Made by a program: the position numbers and the translations under genes. A DNA stretch of 47,627 bases from Sphaeroforma arctica JP610. Lineage: Eukaryota. The notes under the pieces were generated by a model, which saw nothing but the letters and a program-made list of their open reading frames with translations, was not told the origin of the DNA and did not search any database. Where the stretch lies: the NCBI RefSeq assembly GCF_001186125.1, contig NW_014040221.1:25325-72951 (forward strand), given 5' to 3'. Each line of letters begins with the position of its first letter. Position 1 is the first letter of the stretch. This document shows positions 26,822-37,733 of this stretch, one piece after another.

Positions 26822-29009
26822 TTTAATAAATGTATATTTATAATATATATATTTATAATATATATTATATATTATATATATATATATTGTATACAACTTC
26901 ATATACTTGTATGTAGATCTCAGTCATGTTCACCCAGATATTAGTTGTCCGTGCACAGCCACTACGTTAATATCTGAACTTTATGACGCCTGCGTGATTT
27001 GATACTATAGTATTTGCGTGGTCAATGAGAACATACAGATATATTATGTAGTCGTATCTCTTGCCTATACTACTGCCCCCTGCCACCATACGTACTTTGT
27101 ATGAAAGCGTTAACGCAATCACATCTTACATGGCATTGCTCCGTGACAATGAGGTATAGATCTACAGTCCGAGATAAGTACGTACACGCCCCAAATCGCA
27201 CAACAACGCACACCTGCATACCCCACGTTTTATCATCTGTGCCTGACGAAATCCGGGAAGACCGCTGCAATCCTCACTGAGTCGACGAGTGATCTGACGG
27301 TTTATATACTGTTTCCTTATCCGTAGAAGTCACTGTAGTCATATTGATCACGAAAATCATCTGGCATGGGACACATTGGCCTGTGAAAAAGAAACCATCG
27401 AATAGTGGCTGATCTTAATGGAAGTCCAAAATAGATGTGATATTGGCTCTAATATTGAATATCGATATCCTGTGTTTTCGGCTCTAATTTAGAGCGCCAC
27501 ACATGTCCATGCTGACCCGATTTTGTTTCAAAACCTTCACACCATACACTCATCAGACATAGAAGCCGCAGACGAAACACCCGAGGCAGAGGCGGATACG
27601 GAGGCACCAAGTGCGCCAGCAAACCCAAACCACCACGTGTGGATGATCAATGATCAGGTAGGCACATGGCATGTTGGCTTGGCTGGGTGCACGCCAGTAG
27701 TAGACAATTATACAGGAGGACAGATTGGGCTTGTACACGTGATGCACCGGTCTATCGTATGTGTGACTTGCGCGCTACTGATTGTCGTACGAATGTCTCG
27801 TGCACTACTGATTGTCGTACGAATGTCTCTTGCACTACGGATTGTCGTGCGAATGTCTCGTGCACTACTGATTGTCGTACGTATGTCTCGTGCACTACTG
27901 ATTGTCGTACGTATGTCTCGTGCACTACTGATTGTCGTACGTATGTCACGTGCACCACTGATTGTCTTACGAATGTCTCGTGCACTACTGATTGTCGTAC
28001 GAATGTTTCGTGCGCCACTGATTGTCATACGAATGTCTTGCTCACCACTAGATTTCTGAGCTGGGAGGGTTGCCCACAAAGGCCAATCCCGCGCCAATCC
28101 CTGATTGCCTTGAGGAGTTTCTGGGGCCTAAAAGCGTTTCGATCACACATGTAAGTATCCTGTATAAACGTATAAACGCCAGTGGCTATATTACACACAC
28201 TTGCAAGTATCGTGAGTGCATGTTGGTGTGGTGAATATTACAAGGTATGTATGCTTCCTGTATGGACTTTGGAAAGATGTCTCAGGCGTATTAGCATGTA
28301 AGTATCATATATAAACGTGTGAACGCCAGTGACTATATCACACACACTTGAACGTATCGTGAGTGCATGTAGGTGTGGTGAATATCTCCAGGCATGTATG
28401 CTTCCTGTATGGACTTTGGAAAGATGTCTCAGGGGTATTAGTATGTAAGTATCATATATAAACTTATGAACGCCAGTGGCTATATTGCACACACTTGCAA
28501 TTATCGTGAGAGCATGTTGGTGTGGAGAATAGCTCCAGATATTATGCTTCTTATATGGACTTTGGAAAGATGTCGCAGGCATACTAGTGTGATTATCATG
28601 TATGTATGCCAATATCTTCAGAACTCTTTGGCATTCAAGTATTTTTTTATGCACTGGTGATATTGTATACCAGACAATCACGTTTTCTGGGTCCAAGGTA
28701 ATGTGACAAATAAGTAAGCTAAAGGCAATCTCGTGCAATAACTCGGATATCTAAGTCCTTTTTTATTTCTAGAGGTGCAAATCTATCCGAATGTGTGGAA
28801 GGAAATCGTACCCAACTATTCTTACGATCACACATATATTCCAAGTATTTTTGTACCAAAATATTATATTGGATTTCCTATTTAACTGCCCTGATACTTC
28901 ATTTATTTCCATACAGGTGCAATTCTGTCCATCCTTCATGTCGGGTACCTGGGCAGCCTACGCCTACGAGTCCGGATTCGTGCGCATACGATGGTGTGGT
29001 GATATATAG
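7380..29009 (+). CDS. GTF3C2: TFIIIC WD40 subunit GTF3C2/Tfc6-like protein with long disordered N-terminus, C2H2 zinc fingers and AT-hook (multi-exon)
   Basis: Exons: 7380-10872, 11825-12046, 13087-13515, 14669-14881, 15880-15975, 16891-17087, 17564-17673, 18202-18280, (unresolved exon near 18970-19070 or in the gap), 19338-19484, 19701-19751, 19883-20079, 20233-20386, 20538-20795, 21738-22137, 22899-23060, 23181-23381, 24640-24712, 25554-25731, 26517-26691, 27557-27657, 28052-28150, 28917-29009. Phases match at every junction except across 18280-19338. Motifs [42 protein letters not shown] and terminal [27 protein letters not shown] parallel remembered GTF3C2 motifs (ALDWCP..QYVAL, RLGLLALA..DG.V.LFSLP, IHKVRFSPN...WL.SGG.SGLVRI). 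Confidence 0.72.
10463..10535 (+). repeat. 27-bp coding tandem repeat (TAAPESEDR, ~2.7 copies)
   Basis: ACCGCTGCACCTGAGAG(T/C)GAGGATAGG repeated in frame in exon 1. Confidence 0.9.
11359..11602. repeat. ~139-bp-period intronic duplication
   Basis: GCGTGTACT..CGAAATGTAGA..TAGAGACAGTTCATAA..CGTACCATA.TCATG.AATCTGAG occurs twice. Confidence 0.85.
11825..17673 (+). CDS. C2H2 zinc-finger / AT-hook exons of the GTF3C2-like gene
   Basis: CPFPQC..HEEVH (exon at 11825), CPYAKC..HLRITSH and KKKRGRP (13087), CLVLGC..HMTIAH and CPFTDVC..GLLYHL (16891); canonical splice sites in matching phase. Confidence 0.75.
16015..16203. repeat. 39-bp minisatellite, ~5 copies
   Basis: TTACACCTA at 16021, 16060, 16099, 16138, 16177. 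Confidence 0.9.
20538..29009 (+). CDS. WD40 beta-propeller exons of the GTF3C2-like gene
   Basis: WD-type blades: [82 protein letters not shown]; stop at 29007-29009. Confidence 0.85.
20925..21020. repeat. 15-bp minisatellite, ~6 copies
   Basis: AATAACAGTTCCAAA repeated. Confidence 0.85.
21415..21555. repeat. 26-bp minisatellite, ~5 copies, with palindromic core
   Basis: TCATATGCTATCTATTAATAGAAGGG unit; TCTATTAATAGA is self-complementary. Confidence 0.85.
24714..24895. repeat. 59-bp tandem repeat x3 starting at a splice donor
   Basis: GGGATCGTCTAGCCT at 24725, 24784, 24843. Confidence 0.9.
27770..28050. repeat. 30-bp minisatellite, ~9 copies, ending at a splice acceptor
   Basis: GCACTACTGATTGTCGTACGAATGTCTCGT unit; last copy merges into CACCACTAG|28052. 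Confidence 0.92.
28149..28605. repeat. 147-bp tandem repeat x3 beginning at a splice donor
   Basis: ATGTAAGTATC at 28149, 28296, 28443. Confidence 0.9.
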
Positions 29010-29082
29010 ATACACGCACATGGATTCCATTCAAACTCTTTTGATGCAGATTCGTGCGTTTTCATAAGTATAGTAATCTATT

Positions 29083-29162
29083 CGACCATATATAGTAGCC
29101 TATGCGACCATATATAGTAACCTATGCGACCATACATAGTTACCTATGCGATCATACATAGA
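29083..29162. repeat. 21-bp minisatellite, ~4 copies, 3' of the GTF3C2-like stop
   Basis: CCTATGCGACCATATATAGTA unit. Confidence 0.8.
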
Positions 29163-30259
29163 GCTCCATTTACAACGCTTTGAAGTCAAGACCTCAGTGT
29201 ACACGCTGGTGTGTTACCGTATACGTCCAGGCATGAAAAGTTGCCAACACGCGTAGATGCATGAGCCACCGAGATACGTCGACTGCAATGGGTGTCCTGT
29301 CTAACGCGTTCACCTACAAGCAGCTACCAACGCCCTTGTATGAATATTATTTAAAAGAAGGACTCCCAACCCAACCCGTAACCGGTGTAAGCCAACTACC
29401 TATAGCTTCATCCGCAACTATCAATCTGCCCACATCCTCACGCAACAGTGAGCGCATGATGAGTTGAAGTTGATGAGTCGAGTGTGGGTGGTGGTGCATG
29501 AGGACGCAGACGTTGAGTGGGAAGGGACGCGGAGAAGCACGTGAGTGGTGACATGAGCGCTTGCAGGCGCAGCGTGTTTGTGCGTTATAGGTGGTGTGCC
29601 GAGGTCTATACAGCCCAGGTCAGCTGCACCCCCGAACGTTCAATCTGTTCTATACGGATGCAGTGGACAGCACATGCGTTTGCTATGATATGCCTCTCGA
29701 CAGTATCCATGCTCCGTATAGAGAAAATCACCCACTAGCTTATCGATTGAGCCACCTGTATGTGTAAGTGGGGGGGGGTGGGTAGATATCACATGACTTA
29801 GAACAAATCACACAAGTGCATGATCTACGGAATCGCCACAGACCGGACACACAGTGTGTGTGTGTGCTTGCTCCATGGCCTGGCTGGTCCCACTAACTGA
29901 GAAGTCTCCTTAGCAGTGGACGGTCATATGCAACTTCAGTCAGATATATAGGCGCAGAGTTGAGGTCACCTGCAGGGTTCGTCGGCTATGGATACTATTG
30001 AGTGGCTACTTACCGCCCCGTTTGATTAAACGTTGTACGTTTAAAACTGTCGATGGAGTATACGCCCATCCGATTGCGGGTGCTCGCTCACGAGCTAGTG
30101 GATGGTTGCCTACCAGCGCCTCCGATAACATTTAACGCGACTTGGTCGGCTTCAGAGACCTCCTACGGGAGTACGGAAATTAGTCCCCATGGATAAGCGA
30201 AGGTGCCTGCGTGACGATGAACGTCACCTGCAGATGTAGTGGAGCGGCCGTCTGGCTGT

Positions 30260-30480
30260 CCACAGATATATTATAGAGTACACATTCTCCACAGATGTAT
30301 TCAAGTGTTCGTATTCTGAAAAGATATATCCTAGAGTACGTATTATCAACAGGTATATTCTAGAGTACGTATTCTGAAAAGATATATTTTAGAGTACGTA
30401 TTCTCCACAGATAAGTTCTAGACGACGTGATCTCCACAGATATATTCCAGAGTACGCCTTCTCTGCAGGTATATACTCTA
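30260..30480. repeat. ~29-bp degenerate minisatellite, ~7 copies
   Basis: CACAGATATATTCTAGAGTACGTATTCTC consensus. Confidence 0.8.
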
Positions 30481-31662
30481 TCTGGAAGGGCTGGATAAGA
30501 CATGCAGTCTATGAGCGTGGCTTGTTAACGTCCCGCCAGAGGTATGCTAACAAGTCACAGCTATGTCCTTTAGAATACTTTGCTGGACTGGCACAGGAAA
30601 AGCACATATGCACTATGGTACCTGCATTGGGATATGTAACTACTGTGTGTTTTTTTAGTATATAGTATATACACAAGCACAGAGAATCCGGATGCACATG
30701 GTACCCCAAATAAATGAATATAAGCAAACATTTGGCGTTCTGCTCCTGAACGGTCCACTACATACTTGCATCTGACGGTCATGGGATTTGGTGTCACCTC
30801 AATTTCTTTATATTCTTTAGCAAGTGAAAAACCCCTACGTACTTGAGCCTGTGGATATCGATAATGTACTTGGAGCCGCGATACTTCTGGATTCAGCATA
30901 TCTCTGGCGATGCCCTTTGCCATCCTTTAATCTCGCATGTGCAGGATTATTTCAATACCTCTACGCGTGCAAGGAAAGACAACAAACATAATCTCATGCA
31001 AATTGATATACACCATATGCACAGCATTCGCAAAACCGTTTGCTGGACTTGCTATAGCTGTGTACAATCAGTTGTTTGTACAACCCTACGATATAAGCTA
31101 CTGTGCTTTCAAGAAAATGTATAGAAAGAACTCGTGCGGCCACTAACTACATATTAAGACATCAATTAACAGTTTCATAAAACGCATTCATTTCCTCGAG
31201 TGCAGATAAAAGTCGTCGCAAAGTGTGCTCTATTTGTATATTACCATTGAGCTTGTAGTTCATACTCTAGCTCAGGACAACCAGACAGTTTAAACCAGTC
31301 ACAGACCCATGACCCTGCATTATGAGGTATAACGTATGTTGATGCTGTAGCTATGTGTGGAGTCGATGCCTAACTTCACAACCGGAGAGACAGGACCCAT
31401 ATAGCGGGGGGTGCATCTCGCACCTCTCGAAACACCAATATAGTCGGGTGAAATCAATACATCGCTGCCCACTTTTCGGTCCCACAAACTGGTACAATTG
31501 ATATACCAGAACCATTATATGAACGCCCCTACTATTCCGAAGTTGGCCGTATGTCCTTACAACCTTAACTACTACCAGTATTCCCTCCAGAAAATCATTA
31601 TACTGCTTCTGCGCACTCATATTCATGTAACGCTACAGTAACTGGAGATCTGATTATGCGCT

Positions 31663-32480
31663 TCACCCTTCAGCTGTCTGTGCGTGAAGTGGCAAATGCA
31701 CTACATACGCATTCTCACCTCCTGATGAGAAAAGATTCATTATAACAGGCCCCCAAATATACCGCGTAAAATAATATGTCCCGATTAAAAGGAAACCAGT
31801 GGATAATTTTACTCCGACCGAGGTCAAGGTCTTTGTTTGTTTCGTGCTGTATTTGTGTTCCCGTAGAATGATGATCTCTACTATGAGCAGGTTAGGTAGG
31901 TAGAAGGCGAACGCCATAATATGGTCGAACAACCCCCAGAATTCATCGGCCCAAAGCCGTTAGTAAGTATCATCCAGAATCCATATACTATACGGTACAA
32001 CCACGAGCCTAGCGCTAGGCTGTATAGTCGCATAGCCACCCCCTGTGTGTGACTAGTAGCCTTGCTCTGGCATATCGCACCGTTTGTAATGCACATACAA
32101 ACATGAGGATCCCATACAAGCTGAAGCCAATGTCTATCACCACACCCCCTACTGTGCCTCGGATACCTATAAAAACCAATCCGCCTATAGCTGTTACTAC
32201 ACATGCGGTGATATATACCCGGCCAGTCCATCGATGCACAAGTGGGTACTGTTCACGTATGCCCGAGATAAACTGCACTCCTCCCAGTACAAGTATAATC
32301 GCACCACCAAGAAAGTGCAACCCAATGGCTATATTAGCTGCCTCTGTCTTCTCCACGTACAAGCCCTTCGGCACTGTATTCCACCTACGCAGGTCGCCTT
32401 CGGGTATTGCTACGACATAGGATATAAGAATGTAAAGCCCGAATAGTATCGCACTGATCCATACTGTGAAATTCAGCGTA
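31663..32480 (-). pseudogene. DUF2306-like predicted membrane protein, intronless, frameshifted
   Basis: Three frames join into one protein: VWISAILFGLYIL..RWN..GLHFLGGAIILVLGGVQF..R..HRWTGRVY..HRGW / AMRLYSLALGSWLYRIVYGFW..GFG / DEFWGLFDHIMAFAFYLPNLLIVE. Frameshifts at ~32037 and ~31950; no in-frame ATG upstream (TGA near 32493). H..G...G..Q...R...HR..GR.Y is the DUF2306 pattern. Confidence 0.75.
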
Positions 32481-32921
32481 AGCGTAGTCGTTCACGCGGC
32501 TTCAGTTTTCTGTTTTGTATTTTACTTTTAGTCCTTTAGACAACTTTTACATCAGCTGGCTAAGTGCTATTTACCTGTCACCGAGTCTGGGACTCTGGGG
32601 CCCGCTGGGGCTTTTAGAGAGTTTCAAGTTTGAGCATCTTGAGGTATTATTTATATAAATATTTTAGTTGGAAGTTAAGAGTCTATTTTGGTGTCGAGAC
32701 TCTTCTATCAATCCATTTTTAGATTAATTTTTGTTTTAAAAGAAACCCACAGCTGCAGTCCCCACAGGCCACAGCCTCACAGTTCACACAGGGACAGGGC
32801 ACAGTCTCACACTCACAGTGACTCTCAGTCACAGACTCACAGTTACAATCACAGACTCACAGCCCCACTCCTCACAACAAGTCTCAACACTCAACAGCTT
32901 TGAGTTTTACAGTTTACAGTT

Positions 32922-33270
32922 TAGGCGGTTCGGATTAGATCCCCTAATTTAGACCCCGCCCTTGACTTTTCGGACTTTAGGTGCATTTATGACTTTTAAT
33001 TCTGGGACCAAATATATCGAGTATGGCCAATATTGGGCTATGAAGTTTACGTTTTAGGGTATGTTTTTATAATCATTGGCTTTCTTACACAGTATCAGTA
33101 TTGGCGCTCAAAAGCACAGGTTTATTGGATGATGGATATTGAGAAAACATATTGCTTTTATTTGTGGACATATTCAGGCCCATAATGGGCCGCACCCAGA
33201 GGGCATAAATGGGGCCTAGGCCAAAATTGACAGTCATAAGTCCCGCCCCCCCCCCTTACCGCGAACCGCT
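32922..33270. mobile_element. Possible decayed MITE-like element (~350 bp)
   Basis: Imperfect terminal inverted match: left GCGGTTCG..TGACT..TAGGTGCATTTATG versus right (reverse complement) GCGGTTCG..TGACT..TAGGCCCCATTTATG at similar spacing; AT-rich interior; no TSD identified. Confidence 0.3.
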
Positions 33271-33903
33271 CAACAGTCAACACTCAACTGCTGTCAACAC
33301 TTCACACTCAACACTCAACACTGCAACGGTCAACAGTTGTGACAGTCAACACTGAGTAACTGCATCAAAACATGAGTCGCATTTGGTTCAAATGATCAAT
33401 CAAATACGCTTAAATATATAAAAGCTTCTGGGCGGGCGGGTCAAAACTCAAAACAAACTCACGAACTCACGGAGTCACGGGTCCACGGCTAACTATTTGG
33501 TCGGAAATATATCAGAACTCTCAGAACCCACAGACTGGCACAGAGTCACCGAGTCACAGACTATTGTATTTAGAATTTTAGATGCTCTAGATTGTAACAA
33601 ATCCTGGTCGCTGTCCGGGTTCACGGTATCGCATTGGCGTCCGTGACATTCGATGCTTATTATTTTCCGAACAGTAAAATATATTTTATTTCCTACATAC
33701 ATCATGATTTATATTTATGCCCTTGACATATGACAGATATATACGCACTAATCGAATGTGAGACGTTGCCACGTATATATAATATCGATGCTATTCCAGT
33801 TGGAAGCAAATCAAATATCCCACACCACTCTGTAAATACTTTGCCCGGGCGTCTGTGTGTTGAGAGGTTTTGGTGGTAGTATACATTCACATTAGCATAC
33901 AAT

Positions 33904-36900
33904 ATGGATTCACGCACTAACAGCACCGATGCGAAAATTCTCAACGGAAGCGGCATACTCAACTATGACAAATACCTCAAGCACACACCAGCAGACTGGC
34001 CAAACGTGTATATCTTCAGGCAAGACCATCTCAATACAAACATATACCTGAATTACAATAGGGTCCTTTGCTGCCTACTACATTGCACTCTATCCTACAG
34101 GCCTGGGAAACGGGGGTCTCACCATCTTTGTGGGTATGGTGTACATGGGTGTATCGATAATGAACGGAATATACGGAACACAGACACTAGGTCTACTGCT
34201 ACTTCTAATGATGGCCTTAGTCTTGGCATTCGTGTTCACCACTATACTGGTCGCAGTCGTACTCGTAAACCCCAATCCTGGAGCAGTTCTGGCTACATAC
34301 GTTGCTTGTATGTTGGTTATATGTTCGGGTCGCCTGGGTCCCATGGGCGTCGGTGGATCGATCTCACTGAACTTCATAATCATGCTTGCTTCGTTCATAT
34401 TCTTCTATTTGTACGACTACGCACTACATGGCCTGCATGCATCCATACCCCTGGCAGACCTGGCAAATAGCGCACTCCTCGCTGATCACGGAACACCTCT
34501 TCCCATACCTGAATTGGTCGATATGCTACAAATACAATTCACCGCAGCTGTAGGTGCGGTCTTTAGCTTCACCATACCAGCTAACATCAGTACCACGCTT
34601 GCCGGTAGTACATGCAGTGTAAGTGTATCAGACGATACTTTAGACATCTTGGTGGAACCCGGGTGGTGGGTCATTGATAACATTCCGTGGCGCGGTGATA
34701 ATGCAGTCATAGCTGCTTCGGGGCCCATGATGTGGATGGTAGTGGTTGGTCTCTCGATATACTTAGCAGTCCACTTAGTACCGCCCTACTACAGTGCCAA
34801 CCGAGAAATCCGAGACATACTTGGGCGTGTGCTGTGTTCACTTGTAGACAAGTAAACATACGTGCGACCCAAAGCTATCGAAACACCTTCGTACCATGAA
34901 GGGCAAGACATTGTATCACTCGATGAACAGACAACGAGAGAAGGACGGGGATCTGAAGACAAACCAAGTTCCAATGACTTTGACGCCCACTTTTATGCAG
35001 CCTATAGAGCTAAGCATCTGGCGTCGTCTCCCGTAGGTCTTTTATTGGGCCAAGCCGTACGGTCGGCACTGACCAGCACCGACGCACTGCTCAACTCGGC
35101 AGCCAATGGCGAGCCACACTGGTTTTCGCCGTGTGTGTTTGTGCGTACTCACGACGAGATGAGGGCTGTAGATACAAGGGTGGGTCAACTGGCTGCATCA
35201 GTCATACTGTATAATATGTACTTCAGTGAAAGGAACCCTATGGAGCTCAACAATCCCCCTGAGCTGGCACAAGCCAAAGAGCGTCTGGTGACCACAGCCC
35301 GGCAAGATGGTCGACGAGTGCGGGAGAAGCATCTGCACAATACCTACCTTGTTCAACAAGGCTCTACTAAGCACGCTTAAGGAACAACTACTGCAGGTGC
35401 ATACGGATTTTCAGGTTTGCTTTGGATCACTACGACGCCCTCGCAGCCCGGGTATATAAAGACCAATTAAACTACATGCACCGCAACGGCAGTAGCCATG
35501 CCGAGATCAAGGAGGTTGTAGTGGCGATATCTGTGAGTCTGACTCTGATAGCCCTGAACTTTCACCACCACCCGAAGAACCTGTGTGTGGCTGTAGAGAA
35601 CCTTCTAGATGCCAGTCATCGGTATAGTCTCAGCAACGCAGTCGTTTCGCTGTATCGTCTGCTTTGTTTCTATAGTATGTTGCTTCCTAAGGCAATGTTG
35701 GCGGCCTTTACCACGTTCTTCCAGGCTCTGCGTACTCTCCCGCAGCGAGTCAGCTGGACAGGCCCGGCAAGTTGGTACCAAAACAGAGACCTGCACCACT
35801 GGCTGCGGTTCAATCTAGGTACCTTTATTCTCTTTGTTGTCCCGCTTTACAGCGCCGAATTCCGGTACTGGGTGTGGCCCATGTTGGAGAGCACTGCCCC
35901 CAAGTACACGGACACGCCCGTTTTAGGCCATCTTCAACTGTGGTGCATCATGACATACGACTTGTGCGAAAGTGCCACCTTAGAGCCAACTGTCCAGAAG
36001 TGTGTGTGGCGCATGCTGGGTAGTGCTATCGGATGTGTGACCGCGTACCTGACGCTGCTAGCAGCAGGCACAGACAACCCCTGGGTGATCCTGCTTTCCT
36101 CGGTTATCATGCACTTCATTGTGTACTTCGCCGCGGCCGATAAAGACAGTACCAGGGTGGTGTGGATGCAGTAACGCTGGAACTATCTCCCCGGAGTAGT
36201 GCTGATCACTCACATCGTCATCACGCAGGTGTTCTGGATACGACGCGAGACCTTCGCCATGGAGTTCTACGTGCTCAACCGGTTCATCGCCAGTATGGCC
36301 GGTGCCCTGCTGTGCCTGGGGATCAAATCGTGGGTGCTTCCCATGAGCGCTGGCTTGGCGTCGCGTAACTTGTTCACCCGATCGTACGGGGCCCTCTCCG
36401 CCAGTCTGGCCGCGGCATTCACCGCAATCGACAGTGCAGCAGCAACCGCTCACCCAGACCCACAGACCACACCATCTGTGCCAACCACGGCAGAAAATAC
36501 AGACACGGCTGTACCGAACATCTCAGCCACTGAACAAGCCGTTTCCCCGCTGCCAAATCTGGACGGTGCTCTGGCTACTCTGGCTGGAGGGGAGGCCCTG
36601 TTGGCTGGGGCCAGTTTCTATTCCAAATGGGCGCATGCCGGTCCCGTCATCGTGGCCGACGAGAGACTTCGCACGGTGGAGCGGTTTCTGTCGGCCCTGT
36701 CGCACATGGCAGGCAATGTGCGAGTGGTACACGAGCTGTACGCCGCAAGCGATACGGTGGAACGTGCAGAGCAGGACGTAGGGAGAGAGCAGGATGTGGG
36801 GACTAGTAGTACCAGTCTGTTGCCGGATGTGGGTACTGCGGGCGATAGTATGTCTCTGGTCGAGGGAGCACAGGCAGAGGCTGGTGTGGATCCGGCGGGT

Positions 36901-37470
36901 TCGCCTGGCACCTCGAAGGAGGTCTTGGAGGTGCCACATAAACGCTTGCGGGGCGTGTCCATTAATCTGGTCAGTGCGCGAGAGCGGGTGCTTGATGTCA
37001 TCCCCGAGTGCGTGCAGATGTTCACGGGTGTACTGCTATCCCAGTCCGAACAGGATGTCGCGGATATCCCAGTACTCTCGGCGCTGAACATAGACGATAA
37101 GGCAAAAGCCGACAATGAGACGGCGCTGAATGCCTTAGTACGCCTACAGAATAATGCCACAGACAGTTCGGTACACCCGTCTGTGGAGGAGTGTGTCATG
37201 TCGCTGCTAGACACATCCTTTGACCTCGACGAAGGCGCGCACGCTGTGATACAGCACATGTACGAGAACGGGGCCATGGCCACCACGTTACTGGCGCTGA
37301 CTACAGCTATGTACCTGGACTATTCAAAGGTTTGTATGGAGTTCTTGGCCACGCACACACACACACCGCAGAGACCAACAATTCAGATCGCTCTGACTGC
37401 GCACAATGCGAAGTCGAGACACTTTATCAGGGCTATGAAGATGCGAGTGACAGATGAAGAGCGCGGGTGA
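33904..37470 (+). pseudogene. FUSC/ArAE/ALMT-superfamily-like multi-pass transporter (~1190 codons), intronless, disrupted
   Basis: Five consecutive frame segments make two TM bundles, each followed by a helical domain; motif ESATLEPTVQKCVWRMLGSAIG and FYVLNRFIASMAG. Lesions: +1 shift ~34051, in-frame TAA 34853-34855, +1 shifts ~35298 and ~35422, in-frame TAA 36172-36174. Confidence 0.7.
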
Positions 37471-37509
37471 TTCACTTAGTTAAACGAGTGACGACACCCG
37501 AATATATTA

Positions 37510-37733
37510 GGTACTGTAAGTAGTACTGCGAAGGACAGAGGTGGACGTTAGCTGATTATAACAGCAATGGTAAAGTATTAACTAAGTATGCGCACACTGG
37601 TGAAACAATGACATGGCACACATGACGACGCAGCGGATATGGATAGGTGCACATACCGTAGGCACTGTAAGTAGTACTGCGATGGACAGAGAAGAAGTTA
37701 GCTGATTATAACAGCAATAGTAAGATATTAACC
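37510..37733. repeat. ~70-bp direct duplication downstream of the transporter pseudogene
   Basis: ACTGTAAGTAGTACTGCGA.GGACAGAG..GTTAGCTGATTATAACAGCAAT at ~37513 and ~37664. Confidence 0.85.

Noticed and set aside
27666..28154. Cys-rich [10 protein letters not shown] and [10 protein letters not shown] repeat ORFs
   Set aside because: They come from the intronic 30-bp minisatellite, which is open in several frames; the flanking exons splice around it in phase.
34015..35310. Shared GGCAAGA motif as a programmed frameshift signal
   Set aside because: The first shift is more parsimoniously placed at ~34051, which avoids a TGA, so the motif does not coincide with it; the third site lacks the motif.
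34852..36199. Tiny introns removing the in-frame TAA stops (both lie in GTAA)
   Set aside because: The nearest AGs give 23, 26 and 29 nt, which are not multiples of 3; there is no pyrimidine tract, and the flanks are already in frame.
33904..37470. Alternative genetic code with TAA as sense
   Set aside because: The ~1160-codon exon and the 985-aa ORF contain no in-frame TAA, and the same gene also has frameshifts, so pseudogenisation is simpler.
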